A stretch of DNA of 64,000 nucleotides from Octopus vulgaris (GCA_951406725.2 OX597815.1:193626001-193690000); one strand, 5' to 3'. Counted from the first letter of the stretch, positions 43,787-58,149 are shown. Numbers and translations: made by a program. The notes: generated by a model not told the origin, from the sequence alone.

Positions 43787-44072
43787 CTAGCAGAGATACC
43801 CGGCACCGCCGGGGTTAAAATGGCATAGTTTTTCATTGTTATAATTGTTTCGGTCATGTGGCTACGGCCATGCTGGAGCACTGATTTTAGTCGAAAAAAA
43901 TCGACCCCACGATTTATTGTTTGTAAGCTGAGTACTTATTCTATCGGTGTGTTTTTTCAAATGGCTAAAGTTACGGGAACGTAAACACAGCAACATCGGT
44001 TGTCAAGCGATGGTGGGAGTACATATAGACACACACGCACACGCACACACACACACACACACAAACACACAT

Positions 44073-44164
<92 letters not shown>

Positions 44165-44738
44165 GCATATATATATATATATATATACATGCCGACGAAA
44201 TGGATGAATGAGAACTAAGGCGACGAAACGGTTGTGGAAAAACCTTTTCGTCTCATGTACTAATTAGCACTTAATCTATGGGCAAATCAAATTTGAAGCG
44301 AATCGGATGTTAAATGCAAAAGTTATTGAGCGAATAAATAGTTGCAATCAAATTGAAAAAAAATCGTCTTTATGCTGCTTTTCGTCCACCCCTTAAAGCC
44401 AAAGCAAAATATTTTTCCTTAATAGTCATCCTCTTAACATTTTCCACCTGTATCTCAAATTTAAATCGAATCGGTAGACAATTGCAAAAGTTATAGCAAA
44501 AAGATATTTTCCTTGTGGAAATTCCCATTGAAAACTCCTATTGATTTTTTTTTCAATTGGCTGCTGATTTGCAATTATCGATTTTTTTTCAACAATCTGG
44601 ACACGCCATGAGGTTTCCAGACAGGATTTCTACTCACGTGGCAGGTTTCATCAAAATCGATAAAACGATGTAGGAGGAGTTAGATAACAACGCCACAAGC
44701 AAACACACCCACACACAAAATGTCCACATATGTAGTAT
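43787..44738 (-). mobile_element. Non-autonomous Helitron-like element with a nested partial SINE-A (~43845-44050)
   Basis: Left end CTAGCAGAGATACCCGGCACCGCCGGGG (3' CTAG and hairpin on minus); the right-end sequence recurs at 49580-49650. Confidence 0.65.
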
Positions 44739-44775
44739 ATGTGTGTGTGTGTGTGTGTGTGATATACATACATAT

Positions 44776-44846
<71 letters not shown>

Positions 44847-44939
44847 CAAGGAAAAATTGTAAAAAGGCAGAATGCTAAATTAAAAGAAAATTTTTATGAA
44901 AATGGGTGTATGGAAAAAAGTTTTTGAAACATTGATAAA

Positions 44940-44994
<55 letters not shown>

Positions 44995-45136
44995 TTCAAA
45001 CCGTCATAATGTGACTTGTAAAGAGAAAAATATTTTTTTAAATGTGAGTAGGGGGAAAAAAGAAAATTACATTGTTTTTTGCAAAAAAATAATAATAAAT
45101 ATATACAAATCCCCACCATTTATTGATCTATATATT

Positions 45137-45211
<75 letters not shown>

Positions 45212-45219
45212 ATATATTT

Positions 45220-45520
45220 GGAGGCGCAATGGCCCAGTCGTTAGAGCAGCGGACTCACGTCGTAGGATCGCGGTTTCGACTCCCAAATGGGGCATTGTGA
45301 GTGTTTATTGAGCGAACACACCTAAAGCTCCACGAGGTTCTGGCGAACCCTGCTGTACTCTTTCACCACAACTTTCTCTGTCTTTCTTCCTGTTTCTGTT
45401 GTACCTGTTGTACCGCCCTAGTCACAAGTGCTCAGCCACTTGCAAGTTAATTTCACGAGCAGGCTGTTCCGTTGATCGGATCAACTGGAACCCTCCTCGT
45501 CGTAAGCGACGGAGTGCCAT
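45220..45520 (+). mobile_element. SINE-D with the tail type seen at 19760-20030
   Basis: GGCGCAATGGCCCAGT head; CACGAGCAGGCTGTTCCGTTGATCGGATCAAC tail. Confidence 0.8.
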
Positions 45521-45529
45521 GATATACAT

Positions 45530-45622
<93 letters not shown>

Positions 45623-45747
45623 CATATATATGTGTGTGTAAGAGGTTCCTAACAACATTGTTCCACTTTCAGTCTTTTACTATACCGCTGGGCCAACCAA
45701 AGCCTTGTGAGTGGAATTAGTAGACGGAAACTGAAGGAAGCCCGTCC

Positions 45748-45780
<33 letters not shown>

Positions 45781-46129
45781 TCTCGCGGGCGCACGTGCGC
45801 GTGCGTCTTTGTGGATGTGTTTGACAACCGGTTTTGGTTTGTTTACATTCGCATAAATTAGGAGTTCGCCACATGACGGACGATAGTATAAGTTCCAGGC
45901 TTTAAAAATAAACTCCTGGTGTCGATTCATTGGACTAAATTTTCTTCTAGGTGACGCCCCAGCACGGCCGCAGTCTCCGGACTGACTAAATTAAAAGATA
46001 CATTTATATATATATATATTGGCCTGCTCGCTTAGCCATCGGGGTGGCGTCATTCGAAGGCTAAAGACAATGCGAACGCATTGTGACCAGCGATGTGTAG
46101 CAACATCTGATGGTCTGGTCGGTCACGTG

Positions 46130-46199
<70 letters not shown>

Positions 46200-46317
46200 A
46201 GCTTGTTTTCCAACCACATGGTCCCTGGTTTATCCCACTGCGTGACACATTCAGCGAATATCTTCTGTTATAGCCTTGTGAGTGGACTTGGTGGACAGAA
46301 ATTGAGAGAAGCCGCTC

Positions 46318-46371
<54 letters not shown>

Positions 46372-46399
46372 ATGTACCTATATATATATATATACATAA

Positions 46400-47492
46400 A
46401 TAATATTTTCGGGATTAAATAAAAAAGACAACAAGCGGAAAATATGACATACATATAAATAAATATATATATATATATTTTTTTTTTAAAAACGTGTACT
46501 AAATAAACATACGAACATATACTAAATACACAGACGAAAGGAAAACACATGGAGTCACCAACACCTCTTCAATTATCGGCCAGAGGGTCAAGTGCAATTT
46601 CGGCCAGTATCGATAATATTTCTTCCAATGTGGAGGCACCGGCAAAAAAAGTTGCCGGAATGGGATCAAAACATAACAAAACGGGACGGGCTCGAGACGA
46701 GACCGTTAGTAAACGGATAATGGACAAGACAATAAACAGAATAAAGGCTTATGGTCACACGAAGACAACATTTAAAATGATAATAATACATATACAGGGG
46801 GAAATAGGCCTTTAGGCTGCAAGGCAACACAGAAATGGATAACGCGAAGGAGAAATGAAAATGTGTTCTGAAGGACTATAGAGCCGGGGTGGGGTAGAGC
46901 GAGGAGCTCAGAAATTCGTGACCAGTGCTGCTGAAAACTATGCGAAAAAGAATGATACCGCCTTAGGCCGTCATGGATCACGTGATAGTGAGAGGAGGGT
47001 AGCAGAGAAAGCCAAACAGCAAAAGAGAGAGATGGGGAGAGAGAGGGAGAGAAATAAAACTAAGAGAAGCAAGGAGGTCAGAAATTCGTGACCAGTCCGA
47101 TCGAAGGCGATGCGAAAAATGACACAGCCTTAGGCCGTCACGGATCACGTGATCACGGGGAAAGGATAACAGAGAGAGACAGAGAGAGAGAGACAGAGAG
47201 AAAGGAAATAAGAGGAAAGTAAAGGAAAGAGACTGAGTGGCACAAAAATATTCCAAGAATGTTTCTACAAATAGGTAAAAAAATAATTAATGAGTGCTTG
47301 CGTTACATAAATAATATTTCGCTTTCTTATGTTTTGGCCCCATTCCCGGCAAGTTTCTTGCCGGTGCCTCCAGAGTGGAAGCACTATTATCGATAATGGC
47401 CGAAATTGCGCTTGACCTTCTGGTCGATAACTGAAGAGGAGTTTTGTGAACTTCTGTGTATTCTGTTCGTCAGTGTATTTAGTATATGTTCG

Positions 47493-47495
<3 letters not shown>
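46400..47495. mobile_element. Diverged fold-back Penelope-type 3' region with an internal ~85-bp direct repeat
   Basis: 46500-46680 is a diverged reverse complement of 47330-47495; TCAGAAATTCGTGACCAGT..GGATCACGTGAT occurs at ~46908 and ~47078; TA-flanked. Confidence 0.55.
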
Positions 47496-47546
<51 letters not shown>

Positions 47547-47549
<3 letters not shown>

Positions 47550-47712
47550 CGCAGGAGTGGCTGTGTGGTAAGTAGCTTGCTTACCAACCACATAGTTCCG
47601 GGTACAGTCCCGCTGCGTGGCATCTTGGGCAAGTGTCTTCTGCTATAGCCCCGGGCCGACCAATGCCTTGTGAGTGGATTTGGTAGACGGAAACTGAAAG
47701 AATCCCGTCATA
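47547..47712 (+). mobile_element. SINE-A 5' half
   Basis: Intact head AGGCGCAGGAGTGGCTGTGTGGTAAGTAGCTTGCTTACCAACC. Confidence 0.85.
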
Positions 47713-47732
47713 TATATATATGTGTATGTGTC

Positions 47733-48218
47733 TGAGAGCAGTGCATGCCATCAAAGTGACACTGGGGTAAAATATTCAAAGCCGAATATACCCATCGTGA
47801 TTACGTGTCTGATAAGGGTACACCAGGCACATGCATCACAACCATATGTGCGCGACATGATTTCATATCAAGATAAACAGCACATGACCTTGCAGGTGGG
47901 GCCCAGTTAGAATTTTCTTCAGGTCGAGTAGCCCATTCTGATCAAAATGTCCCTGAATAAGGGTTTGTTTTAGGATATTGTACGAAGCACTCATGTTTCC
48001 ACGGGTGAATTATTCGAACCCCAAAGAATTCCTCTCAACACATGGCTTTGATGCTCCCCCACTACTTCTGCTCATGATCAGAGATGCACATATCGTCAGC
48101 CACTAAGGGACTTGCTCAACTGGTTAAGGTCAAACAACTGACAAGCAAATCTGTGGTATTGAGCAGAATATTTGCTGTTAGCCCATCTTTTATACCAAGA
48201 CAAAACAATGTACATGAT
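47733..48218. mobile_element. Second, truncated copy of the ~550-bp repeat at 11449-12003
   Basis: Direct sequence match along its length. Confidence 0.8.
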
Positions 48219-48224
48219 AGTACT

Positions 48225-48890
48225 ATATTGTAAATTCAGAGGAAGGAACAAACTTGCTTGGGACTCTGCTGCCAACAGTAGCTGCGACAATTTTTAGGCT
48301 CAAGAACTTGAAGTCCAAGGGCCTCGTCTACAGCAGCCCGTTGGTGTACGCACTTTTGGCAGGCATCGACAAAAGGTTTAGGACCCTCCAGAAGGATGAG
48401 GAATGCCAGCTGGCTGCTGTCTTCCACTCCAAGTTTCGCCTCATCTGGTTGGGAAAGTATAACACCAAGGTCGCCAAGATGAAGAAAAGCATGGCGGGTA
48501 AGGTCGAGGAGGTCACGAGGCAGCAGTCTGACGAAGTGAGCAACAACGAAGAGGAGGATAACTTCTTCAGTGGTGTCACCCGGCAGGAGCCACAGGTCAC
48601 TCAAGGACAAGGCCCAGAATTTGGTCAAGACCTGGTTGGAGACCAACTCCAAGAACTTGCTGAGAAATGCTACCTTCTTGGGTAAGGAAGTGTTGGTAGA
48701 TTTCTTCATCAAGTTCAACATAGCTATCCCCTCCAGTGTTGCAGTGAAGCGTTTATTCTCTATGGGCGAGGACATCTTGAGGGCCAAGAGTTCATCCCTG
48801 TCTGATGAAAATTTTGACATGCTAATTTTCATGAAGGGCAACATGCATTTCATGAACAAAATGGAGAACGAGAAGAAAAGGAAAACTTAA
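48225..48890 (+). mobile_element. hAT transposase C-terminal remnant (dimerisation domain)
   Basis: GIDKRF..LAAVFHSKFR and FIKFNIAIPSSVAVKRLFSMGEDILRAKSSSLSDENFDMLIFMKGN; frameshifted. Confidence 0.85.
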
Positions 48891-49138
48891 ATTATGTAGA
48901 AACGTGGTTTTAATTGTTTTTAATTTTGATTCTTTTACAACCACTTTATCAATAAACTTTTCCAGTTTAATACTAATATTGTGTTTCATTTGAGTGGGGT
49001 TTTTTTTTACCATTTTCTGGCTCTAGAAGGGTCAAAACTATTAAATCAGCTCTTTTTAGGTCTTTTAAAAGTTAAAACTATAAAATTAGCATTGGTTAAC
49101 TCTAAAGCAACAACGACAACAACAACAACAACAACAAC

Positions 49139-49169
<31 letters not shown>

Positions 49170-49370
49170 TATTTTTAAAAGGATTGACGTAACTCTTCAC
49201 AAAGGTAAACAGTCAAGACGAGGAGCGCGGTTCGATTGTAAGATATTTTATTAGTTGAACGATATTTCAACAGTACGTCAGTCTTTGTCTACCTTCGTCT
49301 TAATAATAATAACAATAACAATAACAATAATAATAATAATGATGATGATGATTTTGATGATAATAATAAC

Positions 49371-49425
<55 letters not shown>

Positions 49426-49429
49426 TAAA

Positions 49430-49580
49430 CAAAAATGTTTATCATAGCAGCCCAAGATCAATGCCTACCTACAAGGAACTACCAGGCCAACATATTAAAG
49501 AACGGCAGCTTCCCAACATGCCGTTTATGTCAACAACAAAATGAGACCATTGATTATGTTGTCTCCATGTGCAGTCTTGG
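49430..49580 (+). mobile_element. Dong/R4-like ORF fragment (zinc-knuckle region) following (TAA)n
   Basis: FIIAAQDQCLPTRNYQANILKNGSFPTCRLCQQQNETIDYVVSMC. Confidence 0.75.
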
Positions 49581-50624
49581 AGGAGGAGTTAGCTGACAAC
49601 TCCGCAAACAAACACACCCACAGACAGAATGTCCCACATATGTAGTAGTTATATATGCAGAGAGAGAGAGAGACAGAGAGACAGAGAGAGGATGAGAAAG
49701 AGCGAGAGAGGGATGGAGACAGAGAGACAGAGACAGACAGACAGAGGGTGAGAGAGAGAAGGAGCGAGAGAAAGTGGGTTATTACGTTTTGCTTGTGAAT
49801 TTCCATAATTTTGATCGATAAGGGAGTGCCTTTGTTTTGGCAGAATCGTTTGCATTCTGAGCGAAATGCTAAGTTATTGAATGGCTATCCTATTTACTGA
49901 TAACGTCCTTAACGCCAAAATTATGCTGCCGTAGTTGCCTGCCATACGTTTATACAAGCATACATACATAGATATATACATACACACATGCATCCACACA
50001 TACATACGTACATTCATAAATGCATACGTACACGTATATACTTACGCACATACATACATACACACAAACACAGACATGCACGCGTACACACATACATACA
50101 TATAGTGGCGGAATGGGTCTAAAAATGTTGGTTGCCAGGAGACAACTACAAGGCTATATTTATTTATTTTTTCTTTTTGTTAAAAATATTCTTCTCAGTG
50201 GCTAGCGATCTGTCATGGCGAATGCCGGATAGAGGAGTCACACAGGAGGGCTCGGAAGAAGGGAAGATAATAAAGTAGTGGTGATCCCAAGACGGAGGTG
50301 CACGTGCGTGTGTATAATAGAGTATGTATGTGCGTGTGGAAGAGGGTTGGTGACCTTGACGTGTGCGTGTGTGTATGTGTAGATGTGCGGATGTGGGGCT
50401 GGGAAGTGGTCAGTGCTAGTGTGTTCGTGGTGGTGTGATGTGATGTGTTGCTGTGTGGTATGGTATAGTGGTGTGTGGTGTGATGGTGTTGGGAGGTGGG
50501 GGAGGCGAGAGTGGGGAAAGCAAGGGTGGTTGTGGGTTAGGCTGAGGGTAAGAGTAGAGGTGGGGTATGTGGGAGTTGGTGTAAAGGATGGGGTGGAGTG
50601 GGATGGATAGGGAAGGTGGGGTTG

Positions 50625-51632
50625 GTTTGCTTTTCATAGTGGCCTTCTCAGATATGCCCTCATCTGCCCGAGTAGCCGCCCTTGCTAGCTACGCAGACGA
50701 TACGAAAGTCTCGCAGAAAATGCAGAACCCCAGAGATGTTGCACACCTGCAGCAGGAGTTGGACCCAATTTACAGATGGCTGAGGATAATAATATGCAGT
50801 TTAATGCTGAAAAATTCCAAGCCCTGCGCTACCAGCGTCCAAACTGAATATGAAACTTACAAGATACACTGGTCCACAGAGGATTACAATCCCAGAGCCT
50901 AAATCGTTGAGGGACCTGGGTATCGCCATGAGTGATGATATAATAGAGTATGTATGTACGTGTGGCAACAAAGTGCAGATGACTGGCTGGATGGATCCTG
51001 AGAGCGTTCAGAATCAGAGACAAGGAAACCATGATGGTCCTCTGGAGGACATTCGTCCCCAGCCGCCTGTATTACTGTTCCCAGCTATGGTTACCCAACG
51101 GTCTAAAATTAACAGCAGACTTTGAAGCAATCCAGCGAAGCTTCACAAAGAAAATCGTCTCATTGCAACAGCTCAGCTACTAGGAAAAGCTAAAGCAGCT
51201 AAGAATCTGCACCTGGAGCGAAGGCAGGAGAGGTATGCAGTCATATACATCTGGTAGATCCTGGAAGGAATTGTGCCAAATTTTGGTATTGAATGCTACA
51301 CAAATTCCAGAACGGGTCGCCACTGCACAGTGCCAAAGATCCCAGCAATACCACCGCGCTTCAGGACCAGTTACTGCAACAGTCTGGGTTTTAATATTCT
51401 CTCAAAGAGCCTGAAGGACCTACAAAAAGTGGAAGTAGGTGTTTTCAAATCAAAACTGGACCTCTTCCTGTTGAGAGTCCCAGATGAACCTACTTCGCAG
51501 TAAGAGGTGCAAGTGAGGGTAGCGACATCAAGCTCCCTTATTCACCAAATGCCACATTTTAGAGGAGGCTCTCAATAATAACAGTGTAGCAAAGCGGTGG
51601 TACACCAGCATGGCCACCGCTTTGAGCTGAAA

Positions 51633-51635
<3 letters not shown>
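50625..51635 (+). mobile_element. Decayed CR1/L2-group LINE 3' part, related to 1-924
   Basis: LLFIVA.SDMP, YADDTKV, LRDLGI, FKSKLDLFL; 3' CCAGCATGGCCACCGCTTTGAGCTGAAAC. Confidence 0.85.
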
Positions 51636-51685
<50 letters not shown>

Positions 51686-52290
51686 CTATACATGGAAGAT
51701 GAACTATTTCAGACATAAAGGGAAAACAAGACAAACAACATAAAGAACGACCTTTCATCATTTGTGGCTGTTTTCTACTCTCGTATTTTGAGCATTTAAC
51801 AACAATATACGCTTTCGATAAAACTGTTGCTCCCGCAATGCAAATTAAATAAAATTTGGGATTTTGCAGAGGGTCAAAACAGGACAATGAAAACAAAGAG
51901 GAAGGGCTGCTAAGCCTAACGTGGTTGTGGTGGCGAACACGTAAATCAAGCTTGAACAGGACAGACAACGGAGAGAAAGAAAGAAACACAAGTTAGAAGA
52001 AAGAAAGATGGCCGATGGTCACATGGGAGCCACGCGAGCAAAGGGGGAGGAGTGAGGGAGAGAGAGTGACAGAGGAATAGGATAGGTTAGTGGGAGAAGA
52101 TGAGGTAAAAGAATAAAAGAGAGAAAGACAGGTAAACGAAAGAGTAAAAAGATCATATAGAGTGCGCATCAGAATTCTTAAAATAAGACTTACTTGGAAC
52201 AAGATGCGTGGCGTTCAATCATATAACAATATAAATAATATATATATATAATATATATATATATATATAATAAATATGTATGTATGTATA

Positions 52291-52416
<126 letters not shown>

Positions 52417-52439
52417 TATACATACATACATATTTATTA

Positions 52440-52487
<48 letters not shown>

Positions 52488-53022
52488 CGTTTAAATATTT
52501 GTTGTGCAAGATTTTTTATGTGAAGTCGTGTGTTGAAACAGATATTGTTATATTTCGGAATGGTCATATTGTCAGTTTAGCCAATAAAAACACACGCACT
52601 ATATATTTGGTGTTATTTTGCTTCAGTGATATTTATTTTTTACATTAATCTTAATCTTATTTCGGCCAAAGTTCTTTCGTCACACTCCTGTGACCGCATC
52701 AGTGGTCCTTTGTTTTCTTCTCACTTACTTGTGTCTCTCCTTACTAACCGTCAGCCATTTTGTATTTCTATTGTATGTCTTCATCTGCGCATGCTTATAT
52801 CTCTATGTGCGTCTATGTTTATTTAGTGTGTGTGGGGGGATGCCTGTAATATTTGTATCTTCTGGTTATATACATTCTTGTAATTTGTATTTTGTTTTTG
52901 TTGTTGTTGCTTTTGTTCTAATTTTGTTCATGTGTTTACATCCACCCATTATTATCATTACATATGCTTGTATGTATGTATAACAACAATATTAGTAATA
53001 ATAATAATAAATCTAATTGAAA

Positions 53023-53077
<55 letters not shown>

Positions 53078-55552
53078 TATACATATACATATATACATAT
53101 ATATACACACACACACACACATACACACATACATACACATATACATATATATAGTTATTCATTTCTATTTCTTTAATTATCTGTGTATTTATTATGTTTG
53201 CAGGATCCACTATCGTCATATGTTGTGGTGTGCGCTATTGCTCCATTCTAGTTTTCTATTCAGGCTAGGTTTATTTTCTATTATATGTGTAGCTTCTGTA
53301 ATTTGTCTAATTGTTGCATCTGTTCTATGTGTGGACAATATCTTAATCTCTATGTTATTGATTGATCCCCCGTGTTCTTGTTCAGCGTGTTGGTACAGAA
53401 TCGATGAGCTTTTACCTTCCTTGAGTTGTCTCCAATGTTCATTCACCCGCTCACCAATGCTTCTTGCTGTTTCCCCTACGTATGTTACTGTCTTGTTACT
53501 GCATCGTCCCTCTATACATCTTATACTATAGACCACATTTCTGGCTTTACAGTTTGTTTGTGGGCTAAATCTACATACAGTGCAATAGTTATCCGTACAG
53601 AGAGTTCTACTAAAAGGATAGGTTCTACCAATTATAGATCTGATAGGGTTGCCTGGCTTTTCAACAACCTTAATTCTTAGTTTAAGTCTATCTAGGGTCC
53701 TTCTAAAGCGGTACGCCAGTTCACCTCCAGGGGTGGTGTCAACGAACATGACACTCTGGTATTTATGGCTATCATACCAAGAGTTGGCCTTCCCTATTTT
53801 CTTTTTTGTCCTTTCTATAGTGTTCCATGACTTGTTCCTATAGAGTGGGCAAATCCCATTCCTATCATTACATAATATATTATCAAATTTCTTCATGGCT
53901 CCTTTGTATACTCTGATCCTTTCTTTATGGCTGTAACCTGAGAACTGCATGCGGTGAATGAAATACTGTATGTGTCTCTTTAATTCTGTAGGCTCGCACA
54001 TGCGTGACACATTTCTCATTATTCTGACGAGGTCTGCCATCAAAATATTGAATTTGGCATTGCCCGCAATGGCTGAGTTCCGGTGGATCAGGTATTTTGA
54101 GGCCATAGGTTTTGCATAGTATGAATGAAGGATTTGGGTTTTATTTTTCACAATTTCTAGCCAGAGTTCAGTGTCTAGTACTGGTAGTCTATGGTTGGGG
54201 TGTTTAGTGGGGTAGTCTATTGTGACCTTAATACTCTGGTGGATGGAGTTAGCTATTTGCTGGATGCTCTCCATAGTATTAGTTTCTATTACTATATCAA
54301 CATTACTCTCTTGTGGGGGTGCCTTTACTACTATATTGATATCATCAACATAGCGAGAGTACATGTTTACAAGTATGGATTTCTGCAGTAGGCATTCTTT
54401 AAGCCTTCTGTCCCACCATACCATGAAGAGGTTGGCCACATCACCAGCGATACTAACACCGATGGCTGCCCCCTCGTCCTGGGCATATATTTTATTATTA
54501 AATTTAAATTTAATAAGAGTAACTCTTATACTAGCTCCTAGTGCATGTGCGATCATTTTCTTTACCTGATGGACATTTGCGGGGCTCCGTATGGCTCTGG
54601 TCCATCCGCGCCATCTTTCTATATGTGTCTTCCTAGCCATAGAAGTAATTGTAGGCGGTCTACCTCTTAAACATCTACTGGGGCAGAAACTACTAAGATT
54701 ATGTTTATCTAAGTATTCACTATTATATGTCAGTCTAAGTAGGAGGCCCAGTTCTTCTGTGTCGACATTACAGAACTCCACCTGGCTCTCGTTGATCATC
54801 TCCACGCACTTCTCCACTGCAAAATCTACGTCAATCGATGGGTATAGGGATACCACATCCATGCTACCTACTATACATCCTGTCAAGTCACAAGTTTTGT
54901 TACAGTCACTGATCCTGCTTAGGAGATCTTCTGTGCTGTCACACACATCAGGTGACATCCTGATTATAGGGCGTATGATCATTGAGAGGAAGTAGGAGAT
55001 TCTGTAATTGCTAGCGATATTCGCTCCACAGACTGGTCTTGTTGGTGGTCCTGCTATAGGGTCAGTAAAACCTTTATGGTCCTTGCGAAGTCCATACAGT
55101 GCCGGGATATCATTGTTCCAGGCTTGGAAATTCCTTGCAGTACGTTTCTGAAGTCCTAGAACAATTGTCCACATCATCATGTGGGCATTGAGGACCTTTT
55201 CTCTCTCCTCATGCGCCTGTATATAACCAGAAGATACAAATATTACAGGCATCCCCCCCACACACACACTAAATAAACATAGACGCACATAGAGATATAA
55301 GCATGCGCAGATGAAGACATACAATAGAAATACAAAATGGCTGACGGTTAGTAAGGAGAGACACAAGTAAGTGAGAAGAAAACAAAGGACCACTGATGCG
55401 GTCACAGGAGTGTGACAAAAGAACTTTGGCCGAAATAAGATTAAGATTAATGTAAAAAATAAATATCACTGAAGCAAAATAACACCAAATATATAGTGCG
55501 TGTGTTTTTATTGGCTAAACTGACAATATGACCATTCCGAAATATAACAATA
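52488..55552 (-). mobile_element. Young 5'-truncated Penelope-like element (Naiad-like) with an inverted copy of its 3' end, inserted in (TA)n
   Basis: 55219-55552 is the near-exact reverse complement of 52542-52874; RT/GIY-YIG ORF lies between; TA tracts on both sides. Confidence 0.92.
53216..55218 (-). CDS. Penelope-like RT + C-terminal GIY-YIG endonuclease (5'-partial, uninterrupted)
   Basis: GPPTRPVCGA, SMDVVSLYPSI, QDEGAAIG, RYVDD, LPVLD, YAKPMAS, Cys-rich linker CTDNYCTVC..C, VVYSIRC..YVGETARSIGERVNEH, RQITEA..SLN. Confidence 0.9.
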
Positions 55553-55609
55553 TATATATATACTTACATATAAGACCAAAAAGGGTACGGGCGCCGCTAT
55601 ATATATATG

Positions 55610-55796
55610 TGTATATGTAAAAAAAATACAAATTGGGACAAGAACACAAAACATTTAGAAGACGATACAAAAAACACGAAATTGCGAGGATGATCCGGTT
55701 CTTGACTGAAGATTGAAGGCTTCGAATGTCCCGTCCGTGTTTTTTTGTATCGTCTTCTAAATGTTTTGCGTTCTTGTCCCAGTTTGTATTTTTTAC

Positions 55797-55805
<9 letters not shown>
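55610..55805. repeat. (TA)n-flanked fold-back element (~68-bp arms); related sequence at 24250-24395 and 56016-56097
   Basis: GTATATGTAAAAAAATACAAA..AAAAACACG and its near reverse complement around a ~57-bp spacer. Confidence 0.85.
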
Positions 55806-56492
<687 letters not shown>

Positions 56493-56643
56493 GGAGAAAT
56501 TGATATTAGTCAATTAAAACCAGTGGTCTAGCATATTAAAAAGAATCCGAAGATTAAAATATTTATATATACCAATTAAGGACTGAACACGAAAAGTGGA
56601 CAGTCAACATGCTAGATATAGACGTCAAATCGCCATTCTCCAC

Positions 56644-56678
<35 letters not shown>

Positions 56679-56715
56679 TGTATGTATGTATGTATAGGGA
56701 GAGAGAGATAGATAG

Positions 56716-56748
<33 letters not shown>

Positions 56749-57044
56749 AGCGGGAGAAAGTGGGTAAGACAGGACGAGAGAGAACGAAAAAGAGATTGTG
56801 AGTGAGAGGAATATTGAAATGAGCGTGGGCTTGCTGGGGCACTCACCGATATGTCGATGTATATGTGCGTTAAGAGAGCGTTAAGAGAGCGAGAGATGTA
56901 TCACTTTCAGTTCTCAAGCTGTTACTCTTATTTCAGTGTTGTGCTACATATATAGTGGATGTTAAATTAGATTGTTGTTGCCGTTAAGTTGTATTTCATA
57001 TCTAATCTCTAGTTATATCCTTTCCTACATTTTTTTTCTGCTTT

Positions 57045-57805
57045 ATGCACAAGGCCCAAAATTTTGGGGGAGGGGGTCTAGTCGATTAGATCAACCCCAG
57101 TACGCAACTGATACTTAGTTTATCGACTCCGAAAGGATGAAAAGTAAAATCGACCTCCGCGGAATTTGAACTCAGAACATGAAGACAGACGAAATACCTA
57201 TTTCTTTACTACCCACAAGGGGCTAAACACAGAGAGGACAAACAAGAACAGACAAACGGATTAAGTCGATTACATCGAACCCAGTGCGTAACTGGTACTT
57301 ATTTAATCGACCCCGAAAGGATGAACGGCAAAGTCGACCTCGGCGGAATTTGAACTCAGAACATGAAGACAGACGAAATACCTATTTCTTTACTACCCAT
57401 AAGGGGCTAAACACAGAGAGGACAAACAAGGACAGACAAACGGATTAAGTCGATTACATCGACCCCAGTGCGTAACTGGTACTTAATTTATCGACCCCGA
57501 AAGGATGAAAGGCAAAGTCGACCTCGGCGGAATTTGAACCCAGAACACGAAGACAGACGAAATACCTATTTCTATTTCTTTACTACACACAGGGGGCTAA
57601 ACACAGAGGAGACAAACAAGGACAGACAAATGGATTAAGTCGATTACATCGACTCCAGTGCTTAACTGATACTTATTTAATCGACCCCGAAAGGATGAAC
57701 GGCAAAGTCGACCTTGGCGGAATTTGAACTCAGAACATGAAGACAGATGAAACACCGCTAAGCATTTCGCCCAGCGTACTGACGTTTCTGCCAACTCGAC
57801 GCCTT
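57045..57805 (-). mobile_element. SINE-B tandem array: one head, four ~183-bp units
   Basis: Unit junction GACGAAATACC|TATTTCT at ~57199, 57382 and 57566. Confidence 0.9.
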
Positions 57806-58149
57806 AATCTCTAGTTATATTGATTGTGTAATTATATACACGCATGCTCATAGACGTGGGCGTCGCTTCTTAGGCGCCAACAGCGGTTGGTAGTTATGAA
57901 ACTAGCTTTACGTTTCCGAGTTTTCGAGTGTAGTCCCGTTGCTTGGTACCTTGGGCAAGTTTCTCCTACTATAAACACTGGCTGACCAGGAAGCCCTTCA
58001 CATGTCTGTGAGCTTACGCGCGTGTGTATGTATGAGTGAGCGTGTAGCTGAAAAGAGGAGCGAAGGAAAACGTAATATATAAAGCAGATCACGTTACATT
58101 TTTTAATTATAATAAGTACAGGATGTTATAAAAGATTGGCTGTCTTTTT

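Noticed and set aside
47547-47620. tRNA genes at SINE heads (also 12762, 27360, 45220)
   Set aside because: A/B boxes run straight into repeat bodies; no complete cloverleaf with terminator.
52655-52690. Hammerhead in the Naiad-like 3' region (GTGACGAAAGAACTTTGGCCGAAA); similar partial motifs at ~24340, 41260, 46560, 47400, 51750 and 55700
   Set aside because: I could not build stems I-III consistently around the partial core matches.
53200-53218. Selenocysteine read-through of the Penelope-like ORF TGA
   Set aside because: The TGA follows a complete-looking C-terminus, a TAG comes two codons later, there are no in-frame TGAs at Cys positions, and I recognised no SECIS.
55219-55405. N-terminal ~62 aa of the 729-aa ORF
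   Set aside because: It is antisense read-through of the inverted terminal copy; nearly the same peptide appears at 52690. The real ORF is 5'-truncated.
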